In this document: positions 1 through 11,315 of the stretch, piece by piece
How positions within the stretch are numbered: position 1 is the first letter of the stretch
Layout: each line of letters begins with the position of its first letter
Program-made: the position numbers and the translations under genes
The notes under the pieces: model-generated
What the model was told of the DNA's origin: nothing
What the model saw: only the letters and a program-made list of their open reading frames with translations
Databases searched by the model: none
Assembly (NCBI RefSeq): GCF_964213995.1
Contig: NW_027590177.1
Location: forward strand, 558,001-622,000
DNA: 64,000 bases
Source: Mustelus asterias
Taxonomy: Eukaryota
Direction of reading: 5' to 3'

Positions 1-554
1 GTATGAACTCTCCGGTGTAGTTGTAGGTTACACATCTGGACGAATCCCTTCCCATACACAGAGCAAGTGTACGGTCTCTCAGTGTGAACTCACTGGTGTA
101 ATGTTCGGCAGGATGATTGAGTAAATTCCTTCCAACACACGGGGCAGTTGAAGGGTCTCTCCCCAGTGTGGGTGCGTCGATGTGTTTCCAGTTTGGATGG
201 GCAAGTGAATGCTTTCCCAGTCCCCACATATCCACAGTTTCTCTGTGGTGTCAGTATCATCATGTCTCTCCATATTGAGTGATCAGTTGAAGCCTCATCC
301 ACACACAGAACACATGCACAGATTCACATTGCTGTGAATGGTGTGATGTTTTTACAGGCTGTTCACTGGAAAACTCATTCGGTTGTGTGTGTGTCTCGGT
401 GCTTTTCCAGTCACGCTGAGTCCAGTCATCTTTTCCCCACACTCCACATTCAAAGGCTGATAGTGTTCAGGTGCTTGTGAATTGAGCAACTGTTAAATCT
501 TGGTGTGAAACTTGATTCCATTTTGCTGACTGTAAATCTTCCCCTTCAAATATC
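1..554 (-). pseudogene. C2H2 ZNF pseudogene (locus 1), runs off the window start
   Basis: Minus strand reads EKLWICGD, then a frameshift, then [28 protein letters not shown]...HQ* (TGA at 90-92) and a further frameshift. Cassette splice acceptor ccttttgcag|g at ~554. Confidence 0.85.
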
Positions 555-701
555 CTGCAAAAGGAGTTTACAAAACTACTGACAGTCCAGGATAGAAATT
601 CTGATCAGACAAGTCTAATTTCAAAAGGAACAACTTTTCTGTTCCTGTTGCCCAAAACAGTAAATCTATGTCCCACACACTCTCCCTCCTCCCTGAGTTG
701 A

Positions 702-991
702 GGGCAGCATGGTGGCAGTGGTTAGCACTGCTGCCTTACAGCACCACAGACCCAAGTTTGATTCCCAGCTTGGGTCACTATCTGTTTGCACATTCTCCCT
801 GTGTCTGCATGGGTTTTCTCCAAGTGCTCTGGTTTCCTCCCACGGTCCAAACAGGTGCAGGTTAGGTGGATTGGCTATGCTAAATTACCCTTAGTGTCAG
901 GGGGACTAGCTAGGGTAAATGCATGGGGTAATGGGGATAGGGCAGACTCGATGGGCTGAATGGCCTCCTTCTGCACTGTCGGATTCTATGA
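702..991 (+). mobile_element. HE1/V-SINE-type tRNA-derived SINE
   Basis: tRNA-like head (tggcagtggttagc...gtttgattcc), V-domain-like core (tttgcacattctccctgtgtctgcatgggttt) and a CR1-type tail (gggctgaatggcctccttctgcactg..gattctatg). Confidence 0.85.
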
Positions 992-1188
992 GATCTAAAT
1001 GAAATGTTGCATATTTTTCATTCATCCCAACAACTAATTTTTCCAGATCACTCCAAGGCCTGTCCTTCCCCATCTCTGGAATCACCTCTAGCATTGCTCC
1101 GATTCTGGCTTCCTGCACATTCCCTATTTTAATCACTCCACCATTAGTGACAAGACCTCCAGTGCACAGGGATGACTTCTCAAAGAAG

Positions 1189-1503
1189 TCCTACAGTGCA
1201 GAAGGAAAGCATTTGGCCCATCAAGTCTGCACCAACTCTGAATATTTTACCCCTGATCTAAACTTGTAACCCATGTTTTTACCCCACTAATCCACCTTAC
1301 CTGTACATCTTTGTACACGAAGGGGCAATATAGCATGGCCAATCCCCCTAAGCGTCACATCTTTGGGCGGTGGGAGGAAACCGGAGCATCCAGAGGAAAC
1401 CCACACAGTCACAGGGATAACATGCAAACTCCACACAGACAGTGACCCAAGGCTGGAATCGAACCTGGGTCCCTGGAGCTGAGAGGCAGCAGTGCTAACC
1501 ACC
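1189..1503 (-). mobile_element. HE1/V-SINE-type SINE
   Basis: Reverse complement of the same head/core/tail consensus. Confidence 0.85.
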
Positions 1504-1649
1504 CTGATATTAATGGTGTTTTATCACTAGAAGTTGTTGTTGGCTGTAACCCTCAATTCCGGTTTTCAACAACACAGTTTGTTATGAAATCAATCTGATT
1601 TTTTGTGTCCCCTGTGGATTATTCATTTGGTTTCACCCCCAAGAAATAT

Positions 1650-1900
1650 GGTGGCTGCGCATGAGTTGTTCCAAATTACCCTCAGTAAAGATGGCGGATG
1701 CGCAGGCGCTTTGCAGTACGTGGAGCCCTATAAAGATGGCGGATATTAACTCGGTCCTGAAGCCTTCGGAAGGCCCAAGGAATTTGCTTTGCAAATTGAG
1801 GGACTGTGGCCGACACTGGGTGTTTATAAAGCCTCACCACCCACCCGCCAACTCCATTTATGTTTCCAGTTTTATTTCGGGCTCTGCATCCGCACTCGGT
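1650..1900 (-). promoter_or_regulatory. GC-rich promoter/first-exon module, probably for ZNF locus 1
   Basis: Two YY1-type AAGATGGCGG motifs (~1688, ~1733), NRF1-like TGCGCAGGCGC and a CpG excess. Homologous to the other promoter modules and cut off by a CR1 at ~1915. Confidence 0.6.
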
Positions 1901-1914
1901 CTTTGTAAACACGT

Positions 1915-3502
1915 TCCTCTTCGAGTGAAGGGCAAGGCTGGCAGAAGTCGGGAACCCTGGATGACTCGGGATAGTGAGGCCCTGGTCAAGAAGAAGAAAG
2001 AGGCACATGACATGCATAGGGAGCTGGGATCAAGTGAATCCCTTGGCGTATAGAGGGTGTAGGAGCAGAGTTAAGAGAAATCAGGAGGGCAAAAAGGGGA
2101 CTGAGATTGTTTTGGCAGATAAGGCAAAGGAGAATCCAAAGAGCTTCTACAAATACATAAAAGGGTAAAAGAGTAACAAGGGAGAGAGTGGGGCCTCTTA
2201 AGGATCAACGAGGTCACTTATGTGTGAGGATCCACAAGAGATGGGTGAGATCCTATATGAATATTTCTCATCAGTATTTATTGTTGAGAAAAACATGGAA
2301 CTTGGGGAAATAAATAGTGATGTCTTGAGGAGTGTACATATTACAGAGAAGGAGGTGCTGGAGTCTTAAAGCGCATCAAGGTAGATAAATCCCCAGGACC
2401 TGATGAAGTGTATCCCAGGACATTGTGCGAGGCTAGGGAGGAAATTGCAGTTCCCCTAGCTGAGATATTTGAATCATCGATAGTCACGGGTGAGGTGCCT
2501 GAAGATTGGCAAATGTTGTGCCTTTGTTTAAAAAGGGCTGCAGGGAAAAGCCTGGGAACTACAGGCCAGTGAGCCTCACATCTGTGGTGGGTAAATTGTT
2601 GGAAGGTATTTTGATCGACAGGCATTTAGAGACACAGGGACTGATTAGGGACAGTCAGCATAGCTTTGCGAGTGGAAAATCATGTCTCACAAACTTGACT
2701 GAGTTTTTTGAAGGGGTAACCAAGAAGGTAGATGAGGGGAGTGCAGTTGATGTTGTCTACATGGACTTTAGCAAGGCCTTTGACAAGGTACCACATGGTA
2801 GGTTGTTACACAAGGTTAAATCTCACAGGATCCAGGGGGAGATATCTAAATGGATATAAAATTGGCTTCTTAACAGAAACCAGAGGGTGGTTGTAGTGAA
2901 TTGTTTTTCAAACTGGAGGCCTGTGATCAGCGGGGTGCCTCAGATCAGTGCTGGGTCCACTGTTATTTGTCATTTATATTAATGATTTGGAGGAGAATAT
3001 AGGCGGCGTGGTTAGTAAGTTTGCAGATGACACTAAGATTGGTGGCATAGTGGACAGTGGAGAGAGTTATCTCCAATTGCAACAGGATCTTGATCAATTG
3101 GACCAGTGGGCTGACAAATGGCAGGTGGAGTTTAATTTGGATAAATGCAAGGTGATGCACCTTGGTAGATCGAACCAGGGCAGGACTTGCTCAGTTCGGG
3201 AGAGTTATAGAACAAAGATCGAGGGGTACAGGTTCATAGCTCCTTGAAAGTAGAGTCACAGACAGACAGAGTGGTGAAGGCAGCATTTGGCATGCTTGGT
3301 TTCATTGGTCAGAACATTGAATGCAGAAGTTGGCACAATTTGTTGAAGTTGTACAAGACATTGGTAAGACCACATTTGGAATACTGTGTACAGTTCTGGT
3401 CACCCTATTATAGGAAGGATAATATTAAACTAGAAAGTGTGCAGAGAAGTTTTACTAGGACGCCACCAGGACTTGGTGTGAATTATAAGGAGAGGCTGGA
3501 TA
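1915..3502 (+). mobile_element. CR1-clade LINE, decayed ORF2 (RT) fragment
   Basis: Broken ORFs contain PWMT, NYRPVSLTSVVGK, DFSKAFDKVPH, LGPLLFVIYIND and FADDTK, with multiple frameshifts. Confidence 0.92.
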
Positions 3503-3769
3503 GAGGGAGGGGAGGAGAGGGTAGGGAAGGGGAGGCAGGCCCCGGCTCCCCCACTCTCAGGGCACTGAGCTGCACCTGCCACCCCACGGGCAGCACTAAC
3601 TCCAGGCCCTAGCAGGCAGGAGGGGGTCAAGCAGATCCTTACTCGAAAGGCACATTTCCCCCAGGGCTGTGCAGGGCATCTTGGTGCAGGGGGCCCCACT
3701 CTCTCTGGGCCACAGCCTGAGACACTGACCAGTCCTTCCAGACCAACCTAACCTGCTGGCACTGGAGGA

Positions 3770-3875
3770 CCTGCAATTTTCTCCCTAGCCTCCCACTCCT
3801 GGGATACACTTCATCAGGTCCTGGGGATTTATCTACCTTGATGCACTTGAAGACTTCCAGCACCTCCTTCTCTGC
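3770..3875 (-). mobile_element. CR1 fragment, inverted relative to 2344-2450
   Basis: Encodes VLEVFKCIKVDKSPGPDEVYPR on the minus strand. Confidence 0.8.
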
Positions 3876-4113
3876 AGCACTATTTTAACCTCAAACAATG
3901 AATATAAAACATTAGCTATGGAGATAAATTAATTTTTAAAAAACTAATTATTGCAAGCTGATCTGCTATGTTAAATTTCTCAAAGTTCTCCTGTGGGACT
4001 ACAGAGATTTAGAAGCTTTTACATTGTCTCCTCTCTCTCCCCCCTTCCTCAACTCTGGCTGGATTCAATCACAGTCACTGGTTCCTCTCGTTCTGTCTCT
4101 TCCTGATGCCTGT

Positions 4114-4447
4114 GCGGCACGGTAGCACAGTGGTTAGCATTGCTGCTTCACAGCTCCAGGATCCCGGGTTCGATTCCCGGCTCGGGTCACTGTCTGTGTG
4201 GAGTTTGCACATTCTCCTCGTGTCTGCGTGGGTTTCCTCCGGGTGCTCCGGTTTCCTTCCACAGTCCAAAGATGTGCAGGTTAGGTTGATTGGCCTGGTT
4301 AAAAATTGCCCCTTAGAGTCCTGGGATGCGTAGGTTAGAGGGATTAGCGGGTAAATATGTGGGGGCAGGGCTTGGGTGGGATTGTGGTCGGTGTAGACTC
4401 GATGGGCCGAATGGCCTCCTTCTGCACTGTAGGGATTCTATGATTCT
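4114..4447 (+). mobile_element. HE1/V-SINE-type SINE, young full-length copy
   Basis: Intact A/B boxes (tagcacagtgg, ggttcgattcc), V core and tail. Near-identical to the copies at 25995 and 34981. Confidence 0.92.
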
Positions 4448-4559
4448 GAATATTCATTGTTTTACAGAATGATACAGCACAGATGGAAACCATTCAGCTC
4501 AGTATGCCTGGAAGATCTATCCAATAAATTCAATAGCCCTGTTGGCAAAGTCAGAACAA

Positions 4560-4662
4560 TAAGGCCACACTTGGAATACTGTGTGCAGTTCTGGTCACTA
4601 TTATAGAAAGGATATTAAACTAGAAAGAGTGCAGAAGAGATTTACTCGGATGCTACCAGGAC
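4560..4662 (+). mobile_element. CR1 3' region, left piece (continues at 6521)
   Basis: RPHLEYCVQFWS...RFTRMLPG, interrupted by a nested minus-strand CR1. Confidence 0.8.
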
Positions 4663-6520
4663 TAAGAACCATAGAAAGTTACAGCTCAGAAACAGGCCTT
4701 TTGGCCCTTCTTGTCTGTGCCGAACCATTTTATGCCTAGTCCCACTGACCTGCATTTGGACCATATCCCTCCACACCCCTCTCATCCATGAACCCGTCCA
4801 AGTTTTTCTTAAATGTTAAAAGTGACCCCGCATTTACCACTTTATCCGGCAGCTCATTCCACACTCCCACCACTCTCTGCGTGAAGAAGCCCCCCCTAAT
4901 ATTCCCTTTAAACTTTTCTCCTTTCACCCTTCACCCATGCCCTCTGGTTTTTTTCTCCCCTAGCCTCAGCGGAAAAAGCCTGCTTGCATTCACTCTATCT
5001 ATACCCATCAAAATCTTATACACCTCTATCAAATCTCCCCTCAATCTTCTACACTCCAGGGAATAAAGTCCCAACCTATTCAATCTCTCTCTGTAACTCA
5101 GCTTCTCAAGTCCCGGCAACATCCTTATTTACATCCTTCCTGTAACTAGGTGACCAAAACTGTACACAATACTCCAAATTCGGCCTCACCAATGCCTTAT
5201 ACAACCTTACCATAACACTCCAACTTTTATACTCGATACTCCGATTTATAAAGGCCAATGTACCAAAGGCACTCTTTACGACCCTATCCACCTGTGATGT
5301 CACTTTTAGGGAACTCTGTACCTGTATTCCCAGATCCCTCTGTTCAACTGCACTCTTCAGAGTCCTACCATTTACCCTGTACGTTCTTCTTTGGCTTGTC
5401 CTTCCAAAGTGCAATATCTCACTCTTGTCTGCGTTAAATTCCATTTGCCATTTTTCAGCCCATTTTTCTAGTTGGTCCAAATCCCTCTGCAAGCTTTGAA
5501 AACCTTCCTCACTGTCCACTACACCTCCAGTCTTTGTATCATCAGCAAACTTGCTGATCCAATTGACCACATTATCATCCAGATCATTGATATAGATGAC
5601 AAACAACAATGGACCCAACACCGATCCCTGCGGCACACCACGAGTCACAGGCCTCCACTCAGAGAAGCAATCCTCCACAACCACTCTCTGGCTTCTTCCA
5701 TTGAGCCAGTGTCTTATCCAATTTACTACCTCCCCATGTATACCCAGCGACTGAACCTTCCTAACTAACCTCCCATGAGGGACCTTGTCAAAGGCCTTGC
5801 AAATCCAGGTAGACAACATCCACCGCCTTCCTTCATCCACTTTCCTGGTAACCTCCTCGAAAAACTCTAATAGATTGGTCAAACATGACCTACCACGCAC
5901 AAAGCCATGTTGACTCTCCCTAATAAGTCTTTGTCTATCCAAATATTTGTAGATCCTATCCCTTATCACACCTTCCAATAACTTGCCCACCACTGACGTC
6001 AAACTTACTGGCCGATAATTTCCCGGATTTCTTTTGGAACCTTTTTTAAACATCAGAACAACATGAGCCACCCTCCAATCATCCGGCACCTCCCCCGTGA
6101 ATACTGACATTTTAAATATGTCTGCCAGGGCTCCTGCAAGTTCAACACTAGCTTCCCTCAAGGTCCGTGGGAATACCCTGTCCGGTCCTGGGGATTTATC
6201 CACTCTGATTTGCCTCAAGACAGCAAGCACCTCCTCCCCTTTAATCTGTAAAGGTTCCATGGCCTCCCTACCAGTTTGCCCCATTTCCGTAGACTCCATG
6301 CCCGTTTCCTCAGTAAATACAGATGCAAAAAAAACATTTAGTATCTCCCCCATCTCTTTTGGTTCCATACACAGTGTACCACTCTGGTCTTCAAGAGGAC
6401 CAATTTTATCCCTCACTATCCTTTTGCTCCTAACATACCTATAGAAGCTCTTTGGATTTTCCTTCACTCTGTCTGCCAAAGCAACCTCATGTCTTCTTTT
6501 AGCCCTCCTGATTTCCCTCT
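4663..6520 (-). mobile_element. 5'-truncated CR1 LINE nested in another CR1
   Basis: ORF 5106-6677 carries RT motifs (NYRPVSLTS, PQGSVLGP, FADD). The 3' UTR/tail is at 4663-4735 and there is a small internal deletion near 5127. Confidence 0.93.
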
Positions 6521-6957
6521 TGATGGATTGAGTTATAAGGAGGCTGGGACTTTTTTCTCTGGAGCGTAGGAGGCCGAGGGGTGATCTTATAAGGTCTATA
6601 AAATAATGAGGGGCACAGAGCAGCAAGATAGTCAATATCTTTTCCCAAAGGTAGGGGAGTCTAAAACTAGAGGGCATAAGTTTAAGGTGAGAGGGGAGAG
6701 ATTCAAAAGGGTCCAGAGGGGCAATTTTTCCACACAGAGGGTGGTGAGTGTCTGGAACAAGCTGCCAGAGGTAGTAGTAGAGGCGGGTTCAATTTTATCT
6801 TTTAAAAAGCATTTAGACAGTTACATGGGTACAATGGGTACAGAGGGATATGGGCCAAATGCGGGCAATTGGGATCAGCTTCGGGGTTTTAAAAAGTGCA
6901 GCATGGACAAGTTGGGCCGAAGGGCCTGTTTCCAGGCTGTAAACCTCTGACTCTATA
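6521..6957 (+). mobile_element. CR1 3' end, right piece
   Basis: LFPKVGESKTRGHKFKVRG...; tail ctctgactctat; same subfamily as 54041-55404. Confidence 0.88.
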
Positions 6958-6964
6958 AAATCCC

Positions 6965-7750
6965 CATTTAAAACCCGCTCGCTCGAGCTCCTTACCGTCT
7001 GCCGCAGGCACTGCGCATGCTCCAGCTCCCAAACCAGGGTGGGGCCGTTAACCTGGGGCCTGTTCCCGGGAGGGAGGGAGGGAGGGAGAAGCCCCGCAGC
7101 TGCAAACCAGGGAGCTGACAATGATTCTGAAGGGTTTGCGGATCCTCCACAACCGCCAGCTCCGCTGCTGCGATGTTGACTCCGCCCCCACCAGGTTTTA
7201 TCTGAGTGTTGGTCCTCCAACCCCGCCCCTCATTCACTCTGATTGGTTGGAGGACTGGCCGCTCCCGCTCGGTCCTCCAACCCCGCCCCTCATTCACTCT
7301 GATTGGTTGGAGGACTGGCCGCTCCCGCTCGGTCCTCCAGCCCCGCCCCTCATTCACTCCGATTGGTTGGAGGACCAGCCCCTCCCGCTCGGTCCTCCAG
7401 CCCCGCCCCTCATTCACTCCGATTGGTTGGAAGAACAGCCGCTCCCGCTCGGTACCCCAGCCCCTCCCCCTCTTCCTATTGGTCTGGAGCTGCCGTCAAT
7501 CAGTCCCCGGGCATTGTGATGTGGAGCATGCGCAGTGTCATTGCTGTCCTTGGCGCTTGTTTGTCCCGGAGAAGCGGAGTCAGCGTTAGGCGGTGGCTGG
7601 GAGGATTTGGAAACACTTTGTGGATCCGCAAACCCTTCAGAATCATTGTCAGCTCCCTGGTTTGCAGCTGCGGGGCTTCTCCCTCCCTCCCTCCCGGGAA
7701 CAGGCCCAGGTTAACGGCCCCATCCTGGCTCAGCCACTGGAGGATGGTTC
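6965..7750. promoter_or_regulatory. CpG-island bidirectional promoter
   Basis: Repeated GC boxes (ccccgcccc) and CCAAT boxes (gattgg), NRF1 TGCGCATGC motifs on both sides, and a minus-strand donor ACG|GTAAGG at ~6991-6998. Lies between divergent ZNF loci. Confidence 0.75.
7205..7460 (+). repeat. 60-bp tandem repeat, about 4 copies
   Basis: Unit ggtcctccaaccccgcccctcattcactctgattggttggaggactggccgctcccgctc aligns line to line. Confidence 0.95.
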
Positions 7751-8004
7751 ACATCAGAGGATGGGGGAGGGGGACAATAAATAAGAGGTTACACTTTGGC
7801 CTCAAATCAATGAGGACTCTGATCTCTGGGAAGGAAGGAAACCCTGGGAGGTGGGCGGGGAGGATTCACAACCACCCGCTGGAGGCCCCAACACCCCCAA
7901 TAAGACCCATTGGTTTTATTGTCAGTCTGCAGACAGGAGCTGGAGAACTGAACCCAGACAGAGGAGAGGGAGGGAGAAAACTGGGAGTGGAGGAAAGAAA
8001 TGAT

Positions 8005-8330
8005 GCTGAATGCAAGCAGACTTTTTCCGCTGAGGCTAGGGGAGAAAAAAAACAGAGGGCATGGGTTAAGGGTGAAAGGAGAAAAGTTCAAAGGGAATAT
8101 TAGGGGGGGGGCTTCTTCACGCAGAGAGTGGTGGGAGTGTGGAATGAGCTGCTGGATAAAGTAAATGCGGGGTCACTTTTAACATTTAAGAAAAACTTGG
8201 ACGGGTTCATGGATGAGAGGGGTGTGGAGGGATATGGTCCAAGTGCAGGTCAGTGGGACTAGGCATAAAATGGTTCGGCACAGACAAGAAGTGCCAAAAG
8301 GCCTGTTTCTGAGCTGTAATTTTCTATGGT
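8005..8330 (+). mobile_element. CR1 3' fragment (same subfamily as 4663-6520)
   Basis: Near-exact reverse complement of 4670-4990. Confidence 0.9.
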
Positions 8331-8494
8331 GAGATGGGTTTGGATTTCAGCCCAGGAAGGAGGGTGAGTGTGTGGGACGGGGATTTACAGATCTGGGGGA
8401 ACAAGAGAGGAAAAAATATTCCAGAGAAACAAGAATTGTCTTCACAATTTCTATCCTGGACTGGCAGTGATGACTTTTCTAAACTGTTTTACAG

Positions 8495-8675
8495 GCTATT
8501 GGAAATGGAGGATTTACAGACTGCAACCAACTAAACATCATCTCAATATCTCACAGAGTCATTCAATTCATCAGGGTCTGAATATCATTGGCCTCTGAAT
8601 GTGGAAGGAGAAATGTTTCTCTGTTATCTCTGTGGGAAAAGATTTTAAACATCAGTGTGACTGGAAAAACACTGA

Positions 8676-8709
<34 letters not shown>

Positions 8710-9448
8710 GAGAGTGTTCCAGTGAACTGACTGGAAAGTGCTTTAACCAGTTACACAGCCCGGAAAAACATCACACCATTCACAGCGAGGAGAAACTGTA
8801 CATGTTCTGTATGTGGATGAAACTTCAACTGATCATCCAACCTGGAGAGGCACAAGGACACTGACAACGTGGGGAAACTATGGAAATGTGAGGAATGTGG
8901 TAAAGGATTCAAGTATCCATCCCTGTTGGAAAACCATCGACACATTCACACTGAGGAGAAGCCATTCATCTGCTTTGTGCGTGGGAAGGGATTTACTCAG
9001 TTGTCCTGTTTCCAGTCACACCAACAACCTCACACTGAGGAGAGGCTGTTCAGCTGCACTTCCTGTGGAAAGAGATTCAGGTCTTAATCCAACCTCAAAG
9101 CACACCAGCGAGTTCACACCGGGGAGAGACCATTCAGCTGCTCCGAGTGTGGGAAGGGATTCACTCGATCCTCCCATCTGCTGGAACAGCAGCAAACCCA
9201 CAGCGAGGAGAGGCCGTTCAGCTGCACCAATTGTAGAAAGAGGTCTTCATCCAATCTCATTGCCCACCAGATTCATTCAGGGAAGACACCGTTCACCTGT
9301 TGTGTGTGTGGGAAGGAATACACTCACCCATCCAACCTGCTGATGTCCCAGCAAACTCACACAGGGGAGAGGCCATTCACCTGCTCCGTGTGTGGGAAAG
9401 GATTCACTCAGCCATCTAACCTGCTGACACCAGCAAATTCATAAGTAA
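8495..9448 (+). pseudogene. C2H2 ZNF pseudogene (locus 2), about 7 fingers
   Basis: Acceptor ttttacag|g at 8494. GKLWKCEECGKGFKYPSLLENH..., start codon changed to GTG, in-frame TAA at 9085-9087, later frameshifts and lost Cys/His. Confidence 0.85.
8677..8706 (+). repeat. (AC)n microsatellite in the ZNF leader
   Basis: About 15 AC units, expanded from the short acacac run seen in paralogs. Confidence 0.95.
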
Positions 9449-9609
9449 CCGCATGGTTGGATTCAGTTATTTTTGCTGTTGTTAATCACATTTAATACGG
9501 ATAACCTGATAATATTTGGCTTGCTACTGCTGACATTAACAAACTGGCCGGCTCTTAAATATCTTGGCTATGTCACAGATTTTCAGAGCTGTAAAGTCCC
9601 TGTTTGAAA

Positions 9610-9815
9610 GCACCATCTGTGATGTTTTCCCTTGATTCAAGAACACCGTCTCCTGGAGGTTCATCTCCAATTCTTCACCATCCTGACTTGGAAATATTTT
9701 TGACCATCCTTCATGGTCGCTGGCTCAAAATCCGAGAATTTCATCCCAAATAGCATTGTGGATGCACCTACACCCCAGGGACTGCAGCGGTTCAAGAAAG
9801 TAGCTCACCACCTCC
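9610..9815 (+). mobile_element. Old LINE 3'-end fragment (CR1/L2 group)
   Basis: Tail-like motif ggactgcagcggttcaagaa.gtagctcaccacc; a related piece is at ~61450-61525. Confidence 0.5.
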
Positions 9816-10108
9816 ATTCTTTAGAACCTGAATATCATCAGCTTTTGAATGTGAAAGGAGAAATATTTGTCTGTTGTGTCTGTGGGAAAAGATTTTAAAC
9901 GTCAGTATGAGTGGAAAAGCACAGACACACACACACAACTCGAGTGACAGTGTTCCACTGAAGTGACTGTGGAACGAGCTTTAACCAGTTACACAGTCTG
10001 AAAAAAATCACACCATTCACAGCGGGGAGAAACCGTACACAGGTTCTGTGTGTGGACAAGTCTTCAACTAAGTGTCCAACCTGGAGAGACACCAAGGACA
10101 CCGGCACC

Positions 10109-10888
10109 ATGGAGAAACTGTGGAAATGTGGGGATTGTGGGAAAGGATACAGTTACCCTTCTGAACTGGAAATGCATCGACGCGCTCACACTGGGGAGAG
10201 GCCGTTCACCTGCTCCACCTGTGGGAAGGGATTCACTCAGTCATCCAGCCTGCTGACACACCAGTATGTTCACACTGATCAGACTCCTTTCAAATGTTCT
10301 GACTGTGAGAAGACATTTAAAAGCAAAAAGTATCTGCTGAGGCACCAACACATTCACAGTGAGGAGAAGCCGTTCACCTGCTCCTTGTGTGGGAAGCGAT
10401 TCACTGCTACATCCAACCTGCAGAAACACCAGCGAGTTCACACTGACAAGAGACCCTTTAAATGTCCAGACTGCGGGAAGTGCTTTAAAACCTCCGGTGA
10501 AGTGACGTGTCATCAACGTGTTCATACTGACGAGAGACCATTCAGATGCTCTCACTGTGGGACTGGCTTCAGGCGATCATCTGAACTCACTGTACACCAG
10601 CGAATTCACACTGGAGAGAGACCGTACACCTGCTCTGTGTGTGGGAAGAGCTTCATTCAATCATACCACCTGCTGAAACACCAGCAAATTCATTCCGATA
10701 TAAAACCTTTTAAATGTTTTGACTGTGAGCAGAACTTTAAAAGCAGCAATGGTCTCATGATGCACCAACGAGTTCACACTGGGGAGAGACCGTTCACCTG
10801 CTGTGTGTGTGGGAAGGGATTCACTCAGTCATCCCACCTGCAGTCACATCAGCAAATTCACTCTGATATTAAACGTTTTATGCTTTGA
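10109..10888 (+). CDS. C2H2 zinc-finger protein (locus 3), 9 fingers
   Basis: ACCATGG start, [10 protein letters not shown]..., nine CxxC-12-HxxxH units with TGERP/TDERP linkers. A frameshift at ~10878 cuts off two further degenerate fingers (to ~11030). Confidence 0.8.
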   Translation: MEKLWKCGDCGKGYSYPSELEMHRRAHTGERPFTCSTCGKGFTQSSSLLTHQYVHTDQTPFKCSDCEKTFKSKKYLLRHQHIHSEEKPFTCSLCGKRFTATSNLQKHQRVHTDKRPFKCPDCGKCFKTSGEVTCHQRVHTDERPFRCSHCGTGFRRSSELTVHQRIHTGERPYTCSVCGKSFIQSYHLLKHQQIHSDIKPFKCFDCEQNFKSSNGLMMHQRVHTGERPFTCCVCGKGFTQSSHLQSHQQIHSDIKRFML

Positions 10889-11315
10889 TTACGAGCAGAA
10901 TTTTAAAGGCTGCAATGGTCTAGTGATACACCAGCAAGTTCATACTGGGGAGAAACTGTTCACCTGTTCCGAGTGCGGGACTGGATCCACTGACTTACAG
11001 CAAATGCTGAGACACCAGCAACTTCACGAGTGTCTGCAGGGGTTGGATTCAGCTGCTTTTGCTGCTGTTAATCATAATGAGGACTAAATGTATGGGTTAA
11101 TCCTAAAGTGTGTAAGAAATGTGTTCCAGCCACTCTCTTCCACAGTTCAGAGCTCCTAGACATGGAACAGAAGCTCCTTTACAACTGGGTTTAGAGTCAG
11201 GAAAAACAACGGTGAATGCTGGAAACTAGGATTTTAGTCCGGGAGTCAGAGATTACCCAAAAAGGGGGTCGGTGTCATTGGTGATTTTGAAACATTTTGT
11301 TCAGAAGCAACAGTT

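Noticed and set aside
4114-4190. tRNA-like sequences with A/B boxes
   Set aside because: They are SINE heads continuous with the V core and LINE-type tail; no complete cloverleaf.
7121-8103. Pro/Arg-rich ORFs across the promoter (also 57156-57866 and 57297-57818)
   Set aside because: Arise from GC-rich, stop-poor tandem repeats and run into CR1 or intron sequence.
8830-8832. Selenocysteine recoding of the conserved leader TGA codons
   Set aside because: They replace Arg/Gln rather than Cys positions, one is TAA, flanking indels break the frame, and no SECIS was recognised. CpG decay explains them.
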